The translations under genes were made by a program, and so were the position numbers. This document shows, piece by piece, positions 48,324 through 61,359 of a DNA stretch of 64,000 bases. This DNA is from Squalus acanthias. Lineage: Eukaryota. Within the stretch, counting starts at the first letter, position 1, and each line of letters starts with the position of its first letter. The notes beneath the pieces were generated by a model that was given only the letters and a program-made list of their open reading frames with translations, searched no databases and was not told the origin of the DNA. Location: positions 27,840,001 through 27,904,000 of the forward strand of contig CM059433.1 of NCBI GenBank assembly GCA_030390025.1, given 5' to 3'.

Positions 48324-51300
48324 CTGTCCATCGCCTTCAACAGTCTCATGGTCCTCAACAGTCTCATGGTTCTCAATAGCGCCACCCCAGACATCATGTA
48401 GTCCAACTTTAATGGTGGTCTTCTCACCAGTGCCTTCCAGTGGTTTCCTTTCATCAGATGCATTGAGAGACTGCATCACCAAGTCCTCATTTTTGCCTTC
48501 ATTTATATTTTGTCCACTTGCAATAATTTGGATTACTTCCTTCATCTCATCTTTATTGTCATTAGTCAAAACACTATTTGGTGCATCTTCAAAGGTGATT
48601 TGCTCCTGAATGTCTTCTGGTGGTGGTTCCACTTCATTGGGATTACCAAATGACAGTGCAAATGAATCTTCGTTTGTGCCTTCATTTATACTTTGTCCAT
48701 TTGATTTTACTTGTCCTTCATTCACCACATATGCATTCCAGACATTATTTGATGCATTGTCAAAGGTGTCTTTCTCCTGAATGTCTCTGAGCAGTTCCCC
48801 TTTGTCACTGGTAGAATGAGATTGCATCAGAAAATCCTCATTTTTGTTCTTATTTGTATTTTGGCCATCCAGCGTGATTGTCATTTCCTTCACATTGCCA
48901 TTTTCATTGTCCTTAACCCAGAAACTATTCAATGCTAATTCGCAAGTGTTCTCCTGAATATTGCTTAGTAGATCAATTTTATCAAGAGAATCAGATTGTA
49001 TCATCTCATTTTTATTCTCGCTTACACTTTGTCCACCTTGCCCGACTTTGAATACTTCCTTCAAATCATCTACACCCTTATTGTTGCTAATCCAGATGTT
49101 ATTTGATGCATCCTCCAAGGTGGCTTTGTCCCGAGTATCTTCCAGCAACTCCATTTCATCAAAAACATCGCCAGATTGCATTACTAAATCATCTCCTTGT
49201 CTATCTTGTTTTATTTCTCTCACTCCATTCACAGCATCACCACTTTCATCGTTATTGAACCAGTCGTTCGTTGATGCGCTGTCACAAATGACCACCTTCT
49301 CAATGCCTTCCCGTGATTCCAACCCGCCAGTACTGGAATCATAATGCATCACCGAATCCCCGTTCTCATGCCCAGCAACATTTTCTCCATTTGGTTTCAT
49401 TTGAATTATTTGATTCAAATTATCCTTTTTCGCCTCGATTGGTTGCCCTGATACATTTTGAGGAGTTCTTTCAGTGCTGAGCAGCACTGGAATTCTTTTA
49501 CAAAGCATTTCTTTCACTTGCCCGTTTAAGATCTCGTCCTCTATCAAACCAGGCACTTCAAGTTTTATATAGTCGAAAAGCTCATCAGTCAGGCTGCTGA
49601 TCAGTTCCTGACTTTTTAAACTGCAAGGATCTTGCTCTTCAGAGAAAGCACAAAGCATTTCCTGCGCCCGTGCACTCATCATTTCCGGCTTCAAACCAGC
49701 AAGCAAGTCTGCCATTTTCAAGAACTTATCCTTCAAATCAAATGATTCACTAAACTCTTGACTAAGAAATGCTTGTTTCAAACAATCAAGCAGCAGTTCT
49801 GACTTTCTTGCAGCACTCAGAGCGTCACCACATAATGTCACCACATCCCGAACAGGCATTGTAGCACCACCTCCCATCTCTGTACTGTGTTCCACTGAAC
49901 TGAAGAGATCTGCTTTCTCATTATCACCAGTTTCAACATACTCTCCGACTACTCTTTGAACATCAGTGTTTTCTGAAGGCTCAGCCTCACCAATTGTGCA
50001 ACCAAGTATGGCCTCTGAATGGACAGGACTTTCCTCCAGTAAAACCATGTTGACTTTTTCCTCAAGTTCTAATAAGTCCCATGTTGTTTCTTGCGATAAC
50101 TTCTCACGATTCTGACCTGCTTCATAATCCTGGTCTTGCATTTCTTCACCGATTCTTTCTGGGCACAACAGATTTTTAGATTCTGCAAACGATTTTTGAG
50201 CGCCAGAGTCTGACATCTCACCTTTATTTCCTCTTGCTCTGGAAACGTTGGACATTTTGTTCTCCGTTTCCTTCACCCTCCGTGCAAGTACTGCCTTCGC
50301 TTCCAAGTCCGCAGTATCATCTAATGTCTCAACAGATTTTCTTTCTCGTTTGTTTCCATTTAGCTCAGAATCCTCGTTTGTGTCCTCCTGATCTTCATTT
50401 GGTCCTCTCTTGAACACATCGCTGAGTTTCGCGCACACAGCTTTCAGAACATTCCCCACAGCTGTCGCCATATTTACCTTTTCTTCAAATCCTTCTGAAC
50501 AGTTGCCACAACCAGCACTTTGTGCACCTGGGTTACTCTCTTTGAACACCCCATTTAACTGTGTTTGATCATGTAGGCTGAACTGCACATCAGGCCCGTC
50601 TCCCTCAACACCAGGCCCGTCTCCCTCAACACCAGGCCCGTCTCCCTCAACACCAGGCCCGTCTCCCTCAACATCAGGCCCTTCTCCCTCAACATCTCCG
50701 TCCAGGTTACAATTTCCTTTGTTACCCATTATATCTTGGTCCTTGGTGGTACCTGGAGTATTGTTCGACTCCAACTCTTCCGTATACGTCCCTCCCATAA
50801 ATGTTTCCACAGCCAGTCTTCCAACCTCTTCATTCAACTCCTCTTCACTTGTTAAAATATTTTCTTTTTCAGCAGACTCTGACATCTCAACCTCTGGCAT
50901 GACGTCCGACATACATTCTCGAATGCACGAGAAAAAGTTATCTTGCGGTGAATCTGAAGATTTGGATGAAATGCAGCCCAGTTTACCAGACAAATCTTCC
51001 ACAGAGGTTTGCCCAGTCTGCTCCTGAAGCTCAATGCTGAGGAAAATATCTTGGGTACATTCTGGAACTGCTGAATCTGAAGGTGAAGGGTTTATGTGAT
51101 GATTCTGATCGTTCTTTGCGACAAAATCTTGAACAGTGATCTCATTTTCTTCTGCAGGAATCAAGGTTTGCTCATTTAACTCCTTTCTTTGAGCGCTACA
51201 AGCAGCAGCCAGATCAACATCTACCGCCTTCAGTTTTGACATTGCTTCAGCATTTTTGACATCCAAAAATTCTTCATGAGGTTTAACTGTCATGAATTTC

Positions 51301-54300
51301 CGCCCAGTTTCTATATCTATTTTGCTTATCTTCACTAAATCAGAGTAAGGAATAATATTCAAATGATTGTCATCAACATTGTCCCAGCTTTCATAAAAAT
51401 TCATTCCTTTTTTCAAACCATCATCCAATAATTTTCCATCAGCAGATTCTGTTTGTATCACTGGTTTTCCATTTTCAAATTCAGCGAAGAGTTGGTTCGA
51501 TTTCTGGCTCCTTTTCATTTCCACTGGAAAACCTGACTGTCTTAAACTCTGCATGATATCCTGAGAATACAAATTCTTCCCGGCACTTGAAGCATGAATC
51601 TTTTGGCGTGATGTTTCCAATTCAAACAGGTCATCGGCTAGATCTTCATTAATCAAACCACACCTCAAAGCATTAGTTACAGAGAGCCGTAGCCCTGATT
51701 TATGCTGAATGATACCTCCATCTTCAACTTGCTTGCGAAGAACGATAAGCACAACATCTCTTTCCACAAGCCCTCTGTTGACTGCTTCGAGCACGGACAA
51801 AGGTTGTTTAGTCTGCGGATCCAATACACCGTGCATTTCAAACTGGTAGTTTAGCGCCCTCAGTCCGGTCACCTCGTCGACTTGTCCCCCATTTTTTGCC
51901 ATTTCAATTTTGATCAATTGTTCCACCATTTTTTCATCTAACAGACAAAGCTTCGAGGCCACAGCTACTGATAATTGATCTTCTTGCTTGAGGTCCATAA
52001 TGCCACCAGAAACAACTTGGCCTTCCAGCAAACGCAGAGCCGTATCAGGGTCCAAAATACCAAGTCTTAGTGCATCATGAATATTGTGCAGCTCGTTGGT
52101 CTCTGGGTCAATAACCCCACAGACAACTTTCTCAGAAAGCAGTACCTTTGTCAGAAGGTCTTCGTTTATTAAATGTTCTGCAACATCAGGCACTTCCATT
52201 ATTTCTCCTGTACTAGAGTTATAAAATCCTCCAATCAGTCCAAGCTTATCTAATACTTTGATGGCAACGTGACTTTGCAAAAGCCCCTTTGCCACTGCTT
52301 CACTAAGAGTTAGATTTTCACCAGTCTCTTCAAAAGGGATCCCTCCATCTTGGAACTGTGAAACTAAAATATCCACAACCATCTCCTCATCCAAAAGGCC
52401 ACATGCCAAAGCAGCATCAAGGTTGTACCTTTTACCAGTAACAGGGCTGAATATTCCACCTGCTTCAATTTCTGATTTGAGCTGTTTTATCAAAACTGAT
52501 CTGCCCCGTTTCCCACTCTCCACTGCCTCAAAACAAGTTATTTGCCCATCATTTTCTTCATCCTCCTCCTCCACCTCTTCCAAGACATACAAATTGTTCC
52601 CATCAACTCTTCCGATATATTTACTTTCAGCATTCCTCAATGTCACTGCACGGTCTCGTAGCTCTTTTTGCAGTGTACAGCTTGCATCTAAACAGCAGTC
52701 CTTCATCATCATCATCGTATCTGGTATGGTTAAATTAGCTACTGATGCATCTTGTTCAAATATTCTACAGCTCTGCATTTCCTCCTGCACAGGCTCAATA
52801 TTCGCTTGTCTTTGCTTTTCCTCATGGCCTTTTAGTGTTCCAAAATCTTGGTGACATACTTGATGGCCCTGAAGTTGCTCATTGGTATTGGAATTAAATT
52901 CTTCACCATTTAGAAAATTGGCTTCACCGCCTGGCATTTCTATGAAAGGTTCAAATACACCTTCAATGTCTTCATCTCCTGGACTAAGCATTTGAGTTTC
53001 TCTCATTCCTGTGAAGTCTCCAACAAACCACGGCATTTCCTGGGTCTCTGCAATATCCTCCAATCCTTCCACACTCGTAATTATTTTGTTCCTCCTGTAT
53101 TCAAGATTATCACCTACTGCTGAAGTGGTCTCCGTACATTGGTGAATGCTGCCACCTTCAACTATACTGGTGGATCCATTCAACCCATTTCCCAACGCAT
53201 CTTTATTGTAATCTTCTATACTGCGACACGGTTTCTCGTTCTGTGATGCACCACCTATAACAACGGCTTCTTCAACAATCTCCATTATTTCTTCCAAATC
53301 TGCTATATCGTCTAGTGTTTCAATAACCTTTATTACTTTGTACTTTCCATCTTCATGGCCCTCAGTACCTTCTGCAGAGTGCGCACGTTTGCTCCCGGCT
53401 TCTATAGGGCTCAAATGCAAGGTTTCATCAGCTACAGTGAGACGCTCTTCCACTGATGGTCCAACTGCATCCCACATTTCCTCTACGCTGCCTTGTATGG
53501 TTGGGGAATCTATGTTTACCTCCATGAATTTATGACAGCCAACCTGGTTTTCAAGATTGGTATCTTGCAGCACATCATCAGCACCAGGTGTATGGTTGTC
53601 ATCTTTATAAAACTGTACTTCATCCTCCATCTTCATTGCTACGTCCATCTTAACATTTTCACTTAATCTCTCTACATCAGGAGTACCAACAAAATATACC
53701 ATTTCATGAGCGTCTGCAACGTCTTCTAGACTTTCAATTGTCCTTATTTTATTTTTCCCACATACGAGGCCTTCACTTGCTCCTGCAACAGTTTCTAATG
53801 GATGTGAAATTAATTCATCTTCCCCTGTTGGAATCTGTGGTTCCAAAGGAATCCATTGCACAGTTTCACCTGCCATGTTGTTACGATGTTCTACTGATGG
53901 CACAGCAGTATCTCGTATTCCTCCTGGGTTATTAGATTCTCCCATTTGTGAAGCTTCCATATACGGTTGAACATTCGTATCCTTTGTAGTTTTGTTAGCG
54001 TACTCTGTGCAGATCACTGAAGTGTCTTTAAAATCTCGAGTACTGCTGCAAATTTTATCTTCTTGCACACCAGGAGGTCCATCAAAGCCCAACATTTTCT
54101 TCAGGTCTTCTCCAAACTCTGTCTGGAGATCCATTTCCAATGGAAATGGAGTGAGCTTCCTATATTCCTGTGTTGGAAACAACTGGTCCATTGGAATCCT
54201 TTGCGTGATTTCAGCTGCCAGCTGTTCTGCTGAAGGCACAGTGGTAGCCACTTTGTCCCCTACAAAGGAATCTGGAGTAAGCTGATGAGTGGCATCATCT

Positions 54301-56249
54301 TTTGGAATCTCCATGCTTTTTCTCAATTGGTTTCCTGAATCCCTTTCAATAGAGGGAACATTGCTGGTTTCTCTGGCCAGTTTAATGCTTTCGTTCAGGT
54401 CTGGATGTACACTTGAATTTCCATTAAAAGATGGTACTTCAAGAGAGTCTGCAAAATTGTCCAACATTTCAGTTGCCTGAACTGTTTTGCTCCCACCAAG
54501 TTCTTCAGTGCCAGTGACACATTTTCTTGGACTATCCATTGCCTGTGAACATGCAAACTCTCCAGGTTCACTTGTTGGCAACTGTTGTACCACAGGCATC
54601 CAATACAATGCTTCGCTGTTAATATTCCCACAATGTTCACCCGGTGCATCAACAGCCTGCTTTTCTCCTATACCATCTGGATCCCACGTTTCAGAACAAG
54701 TATGGCTTTTATGGATGCCAATATCTTTTAAAATTCCTTTAGACTCCATGTGATTCTCAAGTGCACTGCCATCTTGAATATGAAAGTATTCTTGCCAATT
54801 TTCTAACGGATCATCTGCACCACTTGCTTTCGTCACCATTTCAATCTTTTCATTCAAGTCACTGTCGACCAACAGCAGCCTCCTTCCTGTGCCTGCGTCC
54901 ATATAGCTGTGTGTCATTAAGTAAGACACAAACTTCTGTTGCATTTCTATCTGATGCAGAGTTGAATTCTCATCTCTGCTGGCTTCTTCAACGCCCATCG
55001 TGTCACTAGCAGTTTGGACTTCAGAATTTGACTTCCAGTTTGAGATATCTGCATGCGAAGACTGAAACCATTTGGCGCCAGGCATTAAGTCAGGGACTGT
55101 TACTGTGCTCAGAATACGTGCTGTCTTCTTGTCTATAAGACCGAGCCTGCTAGCCTCCTCAGGTGTGAGCACTGATGAGCTTTCAGGGATGTAAAGAGCT
55201 GCTATTTTTTGCCTGTTGTTCAGGATTTTGAGGGCTAATTCATTTGTTACCACTCCTTGTTGCAAAGATGTGTCTATCGAAAATATTTCTCCGGAATCAG
55301 GCCAAATAAGGCCCATAAATATCCTCTGTGATTCCAGCACTAAAAGTGCACTGCTTGACATTATTAAATTGCATTGCACGGCTTCATCCATGGTTAACCT
55401 ACTACCAGTAGCTGGGTTGACTATGCCTCCTGTTTGAACTTGATGAGTTAGGAGGCCAGAAGCTGTATCGTGATCTATGAGACCACATTGCAAAGCTTCA
55501 TCTACTGTTAGCCGAGTTCCTGTCTGAGGATCAATAAGCCCTCCAGCAAACAGCTGAGCTCCCAAAAGCCTGACCATCACTTCACGGTCTATGAGGCCTT
55601 CATGGACTGCCCGGAAAACACTGACCTTTCTGCCAGATTTCAAGGTGATCATGCCCCATTCTCGCTGTCTCACAGGAAGCAGCCTTAGGCCAGTTTCTTT
55701 ATCCACAACAACTCTTTGCATTAATTCCATTAATGATACCTTCTCGGCCGTATTTGGATCAATCAGTTCCTTGCACATCTTCTGCCTCTCCAGCAGCTTG
55801 AAGTACAGCCGAGCAGTGATGAATTCTCGCTGAAAAGCTTCCTCTAGGCTGAGTTTTTCACCGGTAGCTGGTACTCTTAGCCCTCCCGTGGCAAGCTGTG
55901 CCTCAAGAACTTTAATGACTGAAACCTCTGAGATTATGTTGTGATCGTAAGCGGAAACAACAGGATGGACATTACTCGTTCCACACAAGGTGCTTGAAAT
56001 ATGTTTGGCAGCATTACTCAATTCTTCTAGTTGATTGAAGATCTTTCCATCTACCAATTGACATCTCAAAGCTTCTTCTATACCGAGGCACTGGCTTGTT
56101 TCTGGAAGAATAAGGCCTGACACAATGACCTGAGCTTCCAGCAACATCACCCCCGTGTCATAATCAATAAGACCACTGCGTATTGCATGGAAGATTGGAT
56201 AAACCATCCCAGTCGCCAGGTCAATAACACCTGCGATGGTTTCATAGCC
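48324..56249 (-). CDS. MACF1: Giant exon, 7,926 bp (2,642 codons), phase 0-0: two plakin-repeat clusters separated and followed by acidic low-complexity spacers (MACF1b-type exon)
   Basis: The 2632-aa ORF extends upstream to a pyrimidine-rich cag|GGC acceptor at 56249 and ends at a CAG|GTTAGT donor at 48324. Plakin repeats of the GGxIDPxTGxRLTxxEA type occur at about 56240-55080 and 52460-51630. Confidence 0.93.
50587..50696 (-). repeat. Coding minisatellite, 21-bp unit x about 5 ([D/G]VEGDGP)
   Basis: ca(c/t)caggcccgtctccctcaa repeated in frame inside the giant exon. Confidence 0.95.
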
Positions 56250-56987
56250 CTGAAAATCAAAAGGGGGAAAAGAGTAATCATTACAAAAGGCAGTAAGATG
56301 GCACCAAAATAATAAAACGCGAACACCAAATAATCATTACCTCCAGCCTCTTCAGAACCCGCTCATGCAAAACATACTTCAGCTGTGCCCACATGACGAT
56401 ACAAGAATGTTCACTTACCAGGGAGGTGAATGTTAGCGATGCAACGGTATTGGTGTCGATAGAACGAATAATATTTTTTATGTCCTGCATGCACATCCTT
56501 TAACGCAAAAGTATCATCCATGTACTTAAAAGGGTTAGTCACAAGAGGAAGCAAAAGAGGGTTACTCTTGGTCTTAAACACCGCTCAAAAGTATACTTGT
56601 AGAGCTTAATGCACCATGCTTCTGTTTACAGAGAAAGGCAAGAATTATGTATTCAACATTATGATGACCATGCTATGCATGTTGACAGCATACAGTAGTT
56701 TGATTTCTTTTCACAGCTATGTGAAAGCTCTCTCTCACTCAAAGACCAAGAAAGTTGATTTCTCAAGCAATATCACAATTTCAGTTAGAAGAAAAACAGG
56801 AAACACACACAACATTTGTCAAAAGTCTGACTACATTCTCTTTGTGAACATTAATTGTACTTAATTATTACCACAGCTGTCACAGGGTTTTGGATAGTTA
56901 ATGACACCGCACCTCTGCACTCAAACCCTGAGCTCTGCTGCAGAAATTCAGCTTTAAACATCTCCTGAACCCATGGTTGGTTATTAC

Positions 56988-57123
56988 CTTCTCCACTGCC
57001 TCTTCAGCTAGCATGCTCTGGGATTGCTGGAGGTCATCAGAAGACTGTTCACACAACTTATTGTAAGCTTCCTGAAGAGACTCCAGCTGTTTTTCCGTTT
57101 GCTGTTTATCTTCTTCCGATATC
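56988..57123 (-). CDS. MACF1: MACF1-like exon, 136 bp, phase 2-0 (ISEEDKQQTEKQLESLQEAYNKLCEQ...AVEK)
   Basis: tag acceptor, AAG|GTAATA donor; lies within ORF 56898..57275. Confidence 0.9.
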
Positions 57124-58503
57124 CTACATTTAAAAACAAGGAGAGAAATGAAAACCTTTGTAAGTTTGCTATCAGCATTAACACTCCATTGATAAAAAAA
57201 TTCAGTTGTATCATCACAAAACCAGACAATAACGAACTTGTTATTCGGGGAATTTAAAACAAAAAAAATGATCATTTTAATCCATATGTGTTAGGGCCAT
57301 GCTCCTGAAGGTAGGTGGTAGTCAACGAAGAAAGTGTTGCTCATCAGATTTAAGTGAAATTAGTGCTTGTGCAAGCAAACACACTTAATAGGTTTGTCTC
57401 AAAATGAGGAAGCAGATAGGCGCCTCCTGGCTGATCACTAGTTCCCGAGACAACAAATAATGCTTTGGGACTTTGTGCAAGAAGGTTTAGTTCGAAGAAT
57501 CTGGGTCAGTACCACCCATATAGTCTCTTACCACTAGCCCCCAGTCAGAAACTCCACAGTGTTACTGGAAGCAGGCTGGAGGCATTGTATAGCATGACTA
57601 TGAAGCGATCCTATTAATAAGGAGACGCTGCCAGATGGGCTAAGAATCAAAGTCCACATAAAGGGCAAAGGTCCTGCACCTGCTCCAGTTGGTATCGTTC
57701 TTAATTGGTAAGGAATCCCAATCTCGCCGTGATTCTCACGCAAAACTTCTTGACTATAGTCTCAGCAGCAATTTGGGAGAGTGATCGGATGAGGGTTAAG
57801 CATGAATATATTGCTGTCAGAGTAAGGCTGGCACTGGTGTCAACAACTCTGGTTTGCTATATTGAGCGTAATAATAGGAATTTTGGATTGCAAGTTTATT
57901 TCTGTTGCGTTAGTAACAAACGTGTTCAGAGTACCACAGCAGGAGTGTGGAGAGATCTCCATAGTTTCCAGAGCCAGTTCAACTGAAGTTGGAGCTGAGA
58001 AGCTGGAGCAACCATTAGACAAGGCTGAGATCAATACAGGGAGAATAGTCAGCTGAGATTTTTGTTGAGTTGAATGGTTGGCTCAACACCCAAGGCTCTA
58101 TCCCAGAAGAGGAAACTTTGGTGTCAGGACTTCTGTTGCCCGCAATTGAAGATTGTGCAGATCACAGGATCTAGACATCACTTCTCCAACCTACCACGTT
58201 GACCTAGCACATTCTCGGTTGGTGTTTTCTTCGAGTACTTTTGACTTGACAGCCTTACCCGAACATGGAAGTACAGGTTTCAACTGCTAGCCCATCTGAC
58301 AGATGCACCACCTGAGTAATCTGAGGCAGTGAGACAAACCTGAACTTTACGCTTCTGGTACTCTCTCGGTTTGGCAATATTTGAACCCAGCTGTGCAGAA
58401 GTGTGTAGTTCCTGGAAGAAGCCCATCTTCTTCTGTTCTGCTTGCATTGAGCGAAACCTGAACCATTTCCTCAACTTGCTTGCCAAATCAATCTTTCCCT
58501 TTC

Positions 58504-58642
58504 CCGGTTCTGACGAAGGGTCATCAACCTGAAACGTTAATTCTGTTTCTCTCTCTACAGATGCTGCCTGACCTGCTGAGTATTTCCAGCATTTTCTGTT
58601 TTTATTTCAGATTTCCAGCATCCACAGTACTTTGCTTTTGTA
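58504..58642 (+). mobile_element. Short Penelope-like repeat fragment flanked by a 10-bp direct duplication
   Basis: Homologous to 37053-37190; tttccctttc at 58494-58503 and 58643-58652. Confidence 0.65.
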
Positions 58643-58849
58643 TTTCCCTTTCACTTGTTTTGCAGGTCAGTTGAGTAACCTGAAACTTTTTTCACAAGTT
58701 GTGTCTGCAGATCAAGACACCATGGGCTGTGAACTGCAATCTTATATCAAGGGACTTAATCGCATTTCATCATCTAGGTAACGTTATACACATGAGCAAG
58801 AGACACATTAACAGAAACTTTTAAAATGGCTGTGCCCCTTTAAATGACC

Positions 58850-59295
58850 CTTGCTTTCTTCGGAGTCAGAAGGTTGTGTGTTCGAGTCCCACTCCAGAGC
58901 CTTCATCACAAAATCTCAGCCGACACTCCAGTGCAGTACTGAGGGAATGCTGCAGTGTCGGATGGTGCCATCTTTCGTCCGAGACGTTAAACCGAGGCTC
59001 CGTCTGCCTCTCAGGTGGACGCAAAAAAATCCCACAGCATTATTTTGAAGGAGAGCAGAGGAGTTCGCCCCACTGTCCTGGCCAATATTTATCCCTCCAC
59101 CAACATCACTAAAAATCAGATTATCTGGACATTATCACATTGCTGTTTATGGGAGCTTGCTGTGCTCAAATTGGCTTCCGCATTTCCTAGATTACAACAG
59201 TGAATACGCTTCAAAAGTACTTCAATGGCTGTAAAGCGCTTTGGAGCATCCTGAGGTCATGAAAGGCGCTATAAAAATTGTAAGTCTTTCATTTT
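58850..59295 (+). mobile_element. SacSINE1/DeuSINE-like SINE
   Basis: Homologous to 40470-40930. Confidence 0.83.
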
Positions 59296-59496
59296 ATTTA
59301 GAGAATGAACATTAAAGAGTAACTTTTGGAAAAGTGAATGATTGCAACCTGCCTGACAAATTTCTGAAAATGTGCAACAAGTTATTTACCTCCCACACAG
59401 AGGACACGGGATTTAAACCCCCACACATCTGGTTTACCGCACATCTGGTTGAAAGGATTATTCTTGAATATTACCAAAGAAAAAGAACAAACTTAC

Positions 59497-59585
59497 TTGT
59501 CACTGTGTTTAGCCAAGAACATCTGTGTCATGTGGATGGCTTCACCAATTTGGTCTTTCTTGCTCGACAATTCCACACGAAGCAC
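59497..59585 (-). CDS. MACF1: MACF1-like exon, 89 bp, phase 0-2 (VLRVELSSKKDQIGEAIHMTQMFLAKHSD)
   Basis: cag acceptor, GTAAGT donor, conserved FLAKH motif; phase fits both neighbours. Confidence 0.9.
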
Positions 59586-59702
59586 CTGGAACAAGTAAGA
59601 CATAACATGAGGAAAATCCAATTATTCAGAAAGTTTCTGCTCTTTTCTGAGATTTTAAAAAAGTTCACATGGAAAATACAAATTCCTCAAAGGCATCCAT
59701 CA

Positions 59703-60160
59703 AATAGGCCATTTAGGGGCGATTTCAGGAAGCAGTCCTTCACACAAAGGGTAGTGAAAATCTGGAATTCTCTCCCCCAAAAGATGTTGAGGCTGGGGGT
59801 CAATTGAAAATTTCAAAACTGAGATTGATAGATTTTTGTTAGGCAAGGGTATTAAGGGTCAGAGAACCAAGGTGGGTAGATGGAGCCAAGATACAGATCA
59901 GCCATGATCTAATTGAATGGCAGAACAGGCCCAAGGGCTTGAATGGCCTCCTCCTGTTCCTATCTTCCTAGATGGGGGAGATGAAGAGAAACTTTTCTCC
60001 AAAAGTGATTTGGATATACTGTATATTGGAACAGGAAAAATTTGCAGGGCTATGGGAAAAGAGCAGGAAAGTAGGACAATAATTGGAGAGCTCTTTCAAA
60101 AGAACTGGCACAGGCACGATGTGCTGAATGGCCTCCTTCTATGCTGTATGATTCTGTAGT
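59703..60160 (+). mobile_element. CR1 3' end fragments
   Basis: RPFRGDFRKQSFTQRVVKIWNSLP and two 3' UTR remnants. Confidence 0.75.
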
Positions 60161-61359
60161 ATCACCAGTCTTAAATGCAAAGTATTACACTCGTCATAAC
60201 GGAAAGACATTCCCTACTTGCAGGGGGGGGGAGGGGGGGATGGAAAACTACTCCGCGCAAATTATCCCCGTCAACACACACATTCATCAGCGATATAGTT
60301 TATTGAAGATTTCCTGAGGAATTCTGGATAACCAGCATTCAGAAAGAAATGCAATATCTGAGGCAGGTGAAAGTCTTGGCAGGAGCTCCATTAGCAAGCA
60401 CCTCCACTGATTAAACAGGCATTAGTATCCTTTTCGCTCTGGGACTTCGAACCAACAACAGCTGGATTTAACTTTCGGGTTGAAAACAAACCAAACACTG
60501 CCTTCTCACCCCGGGCCACATACCAGCTGCAACCCACCGTCAGCCCTCCGCCAAAGCTACTCTGAGCTGGTCACTAGGGGTGAAAGACCACCCGAGAACC
60601 ACTTGCTTAGCTTTTCCCTCCCCAATACCACCATTGGGAGGGATTTTCTCTGTGTTTGGTGGTGATCAGGAACCCAGTGGAAAAGGAGAGATTGAACTAA
60701 CATCCTATTACTATAAAAAGTCGATGTTTACATTGATTTTTTTTTAAATTATTCCACAAGGGCTTATATGAATAAAATATCAACAAGGCTGGGAAAGCAG
60801 GCCACTTCAAATAAGTTCAATACACAATATAGGGTGAGAATCAAAGAATCATACAGCACAGAAGGAGGCCATTCGGCCCATCATGCCTGTGCCAGCTCTT
60901 TGAAAGAGCTGCCCAATTAGTCCTATCCCCTTGCCCTATCCCCAAAAGCCCTGCAAAATATTCCCCTTCAAGTATTTATCCAATTCCAAAGGTGGGATTC
61001 AAATCAAAAAATGAGTAAGAATCTTGTTCCTGAAACCGACAAGTTCTTAATTACATTCCAAATGCCACTCATTTCATTCCATAGGCACATTCGACAGTTT
61101 GAGAAGACGTGTATGGAATGCATTTAAGATGAGAGCAGAATTTCATTCAGAAATACCTCCAATGTATTTATTTTGTTGATCCAGTGGTTTGCCAGACATG
61201 CACAAACGTATCACCATCCTTAAAGGTACAACTGTGCTGTCAGCACAAAAAATACTAACTCTTCATGGAAACTACAGATAATAGTGTAAATGCAGCATTA
61301 ACCCAAAGTCAGGGACTGACCAGACACTGCAACAAAATTGGCCGAGATGCCTGCTTTGC

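Noticed and set aside
48961..55833. Plus-strand ORFs inside the giant exon, also 29132..29671 and 19892..20143
   Set aside because: Antisense shadows of coding exons with no independent motifs or splice support.
48309..56207. Stand-alone intronless 2632-aa gene
   Set aside because: The frame continues upstream to a splice acceptor at 56249, a donor lies just before the stop, and phases match the flanking spectraplakin exons. An additional internal-start isoform cannot be excluded.
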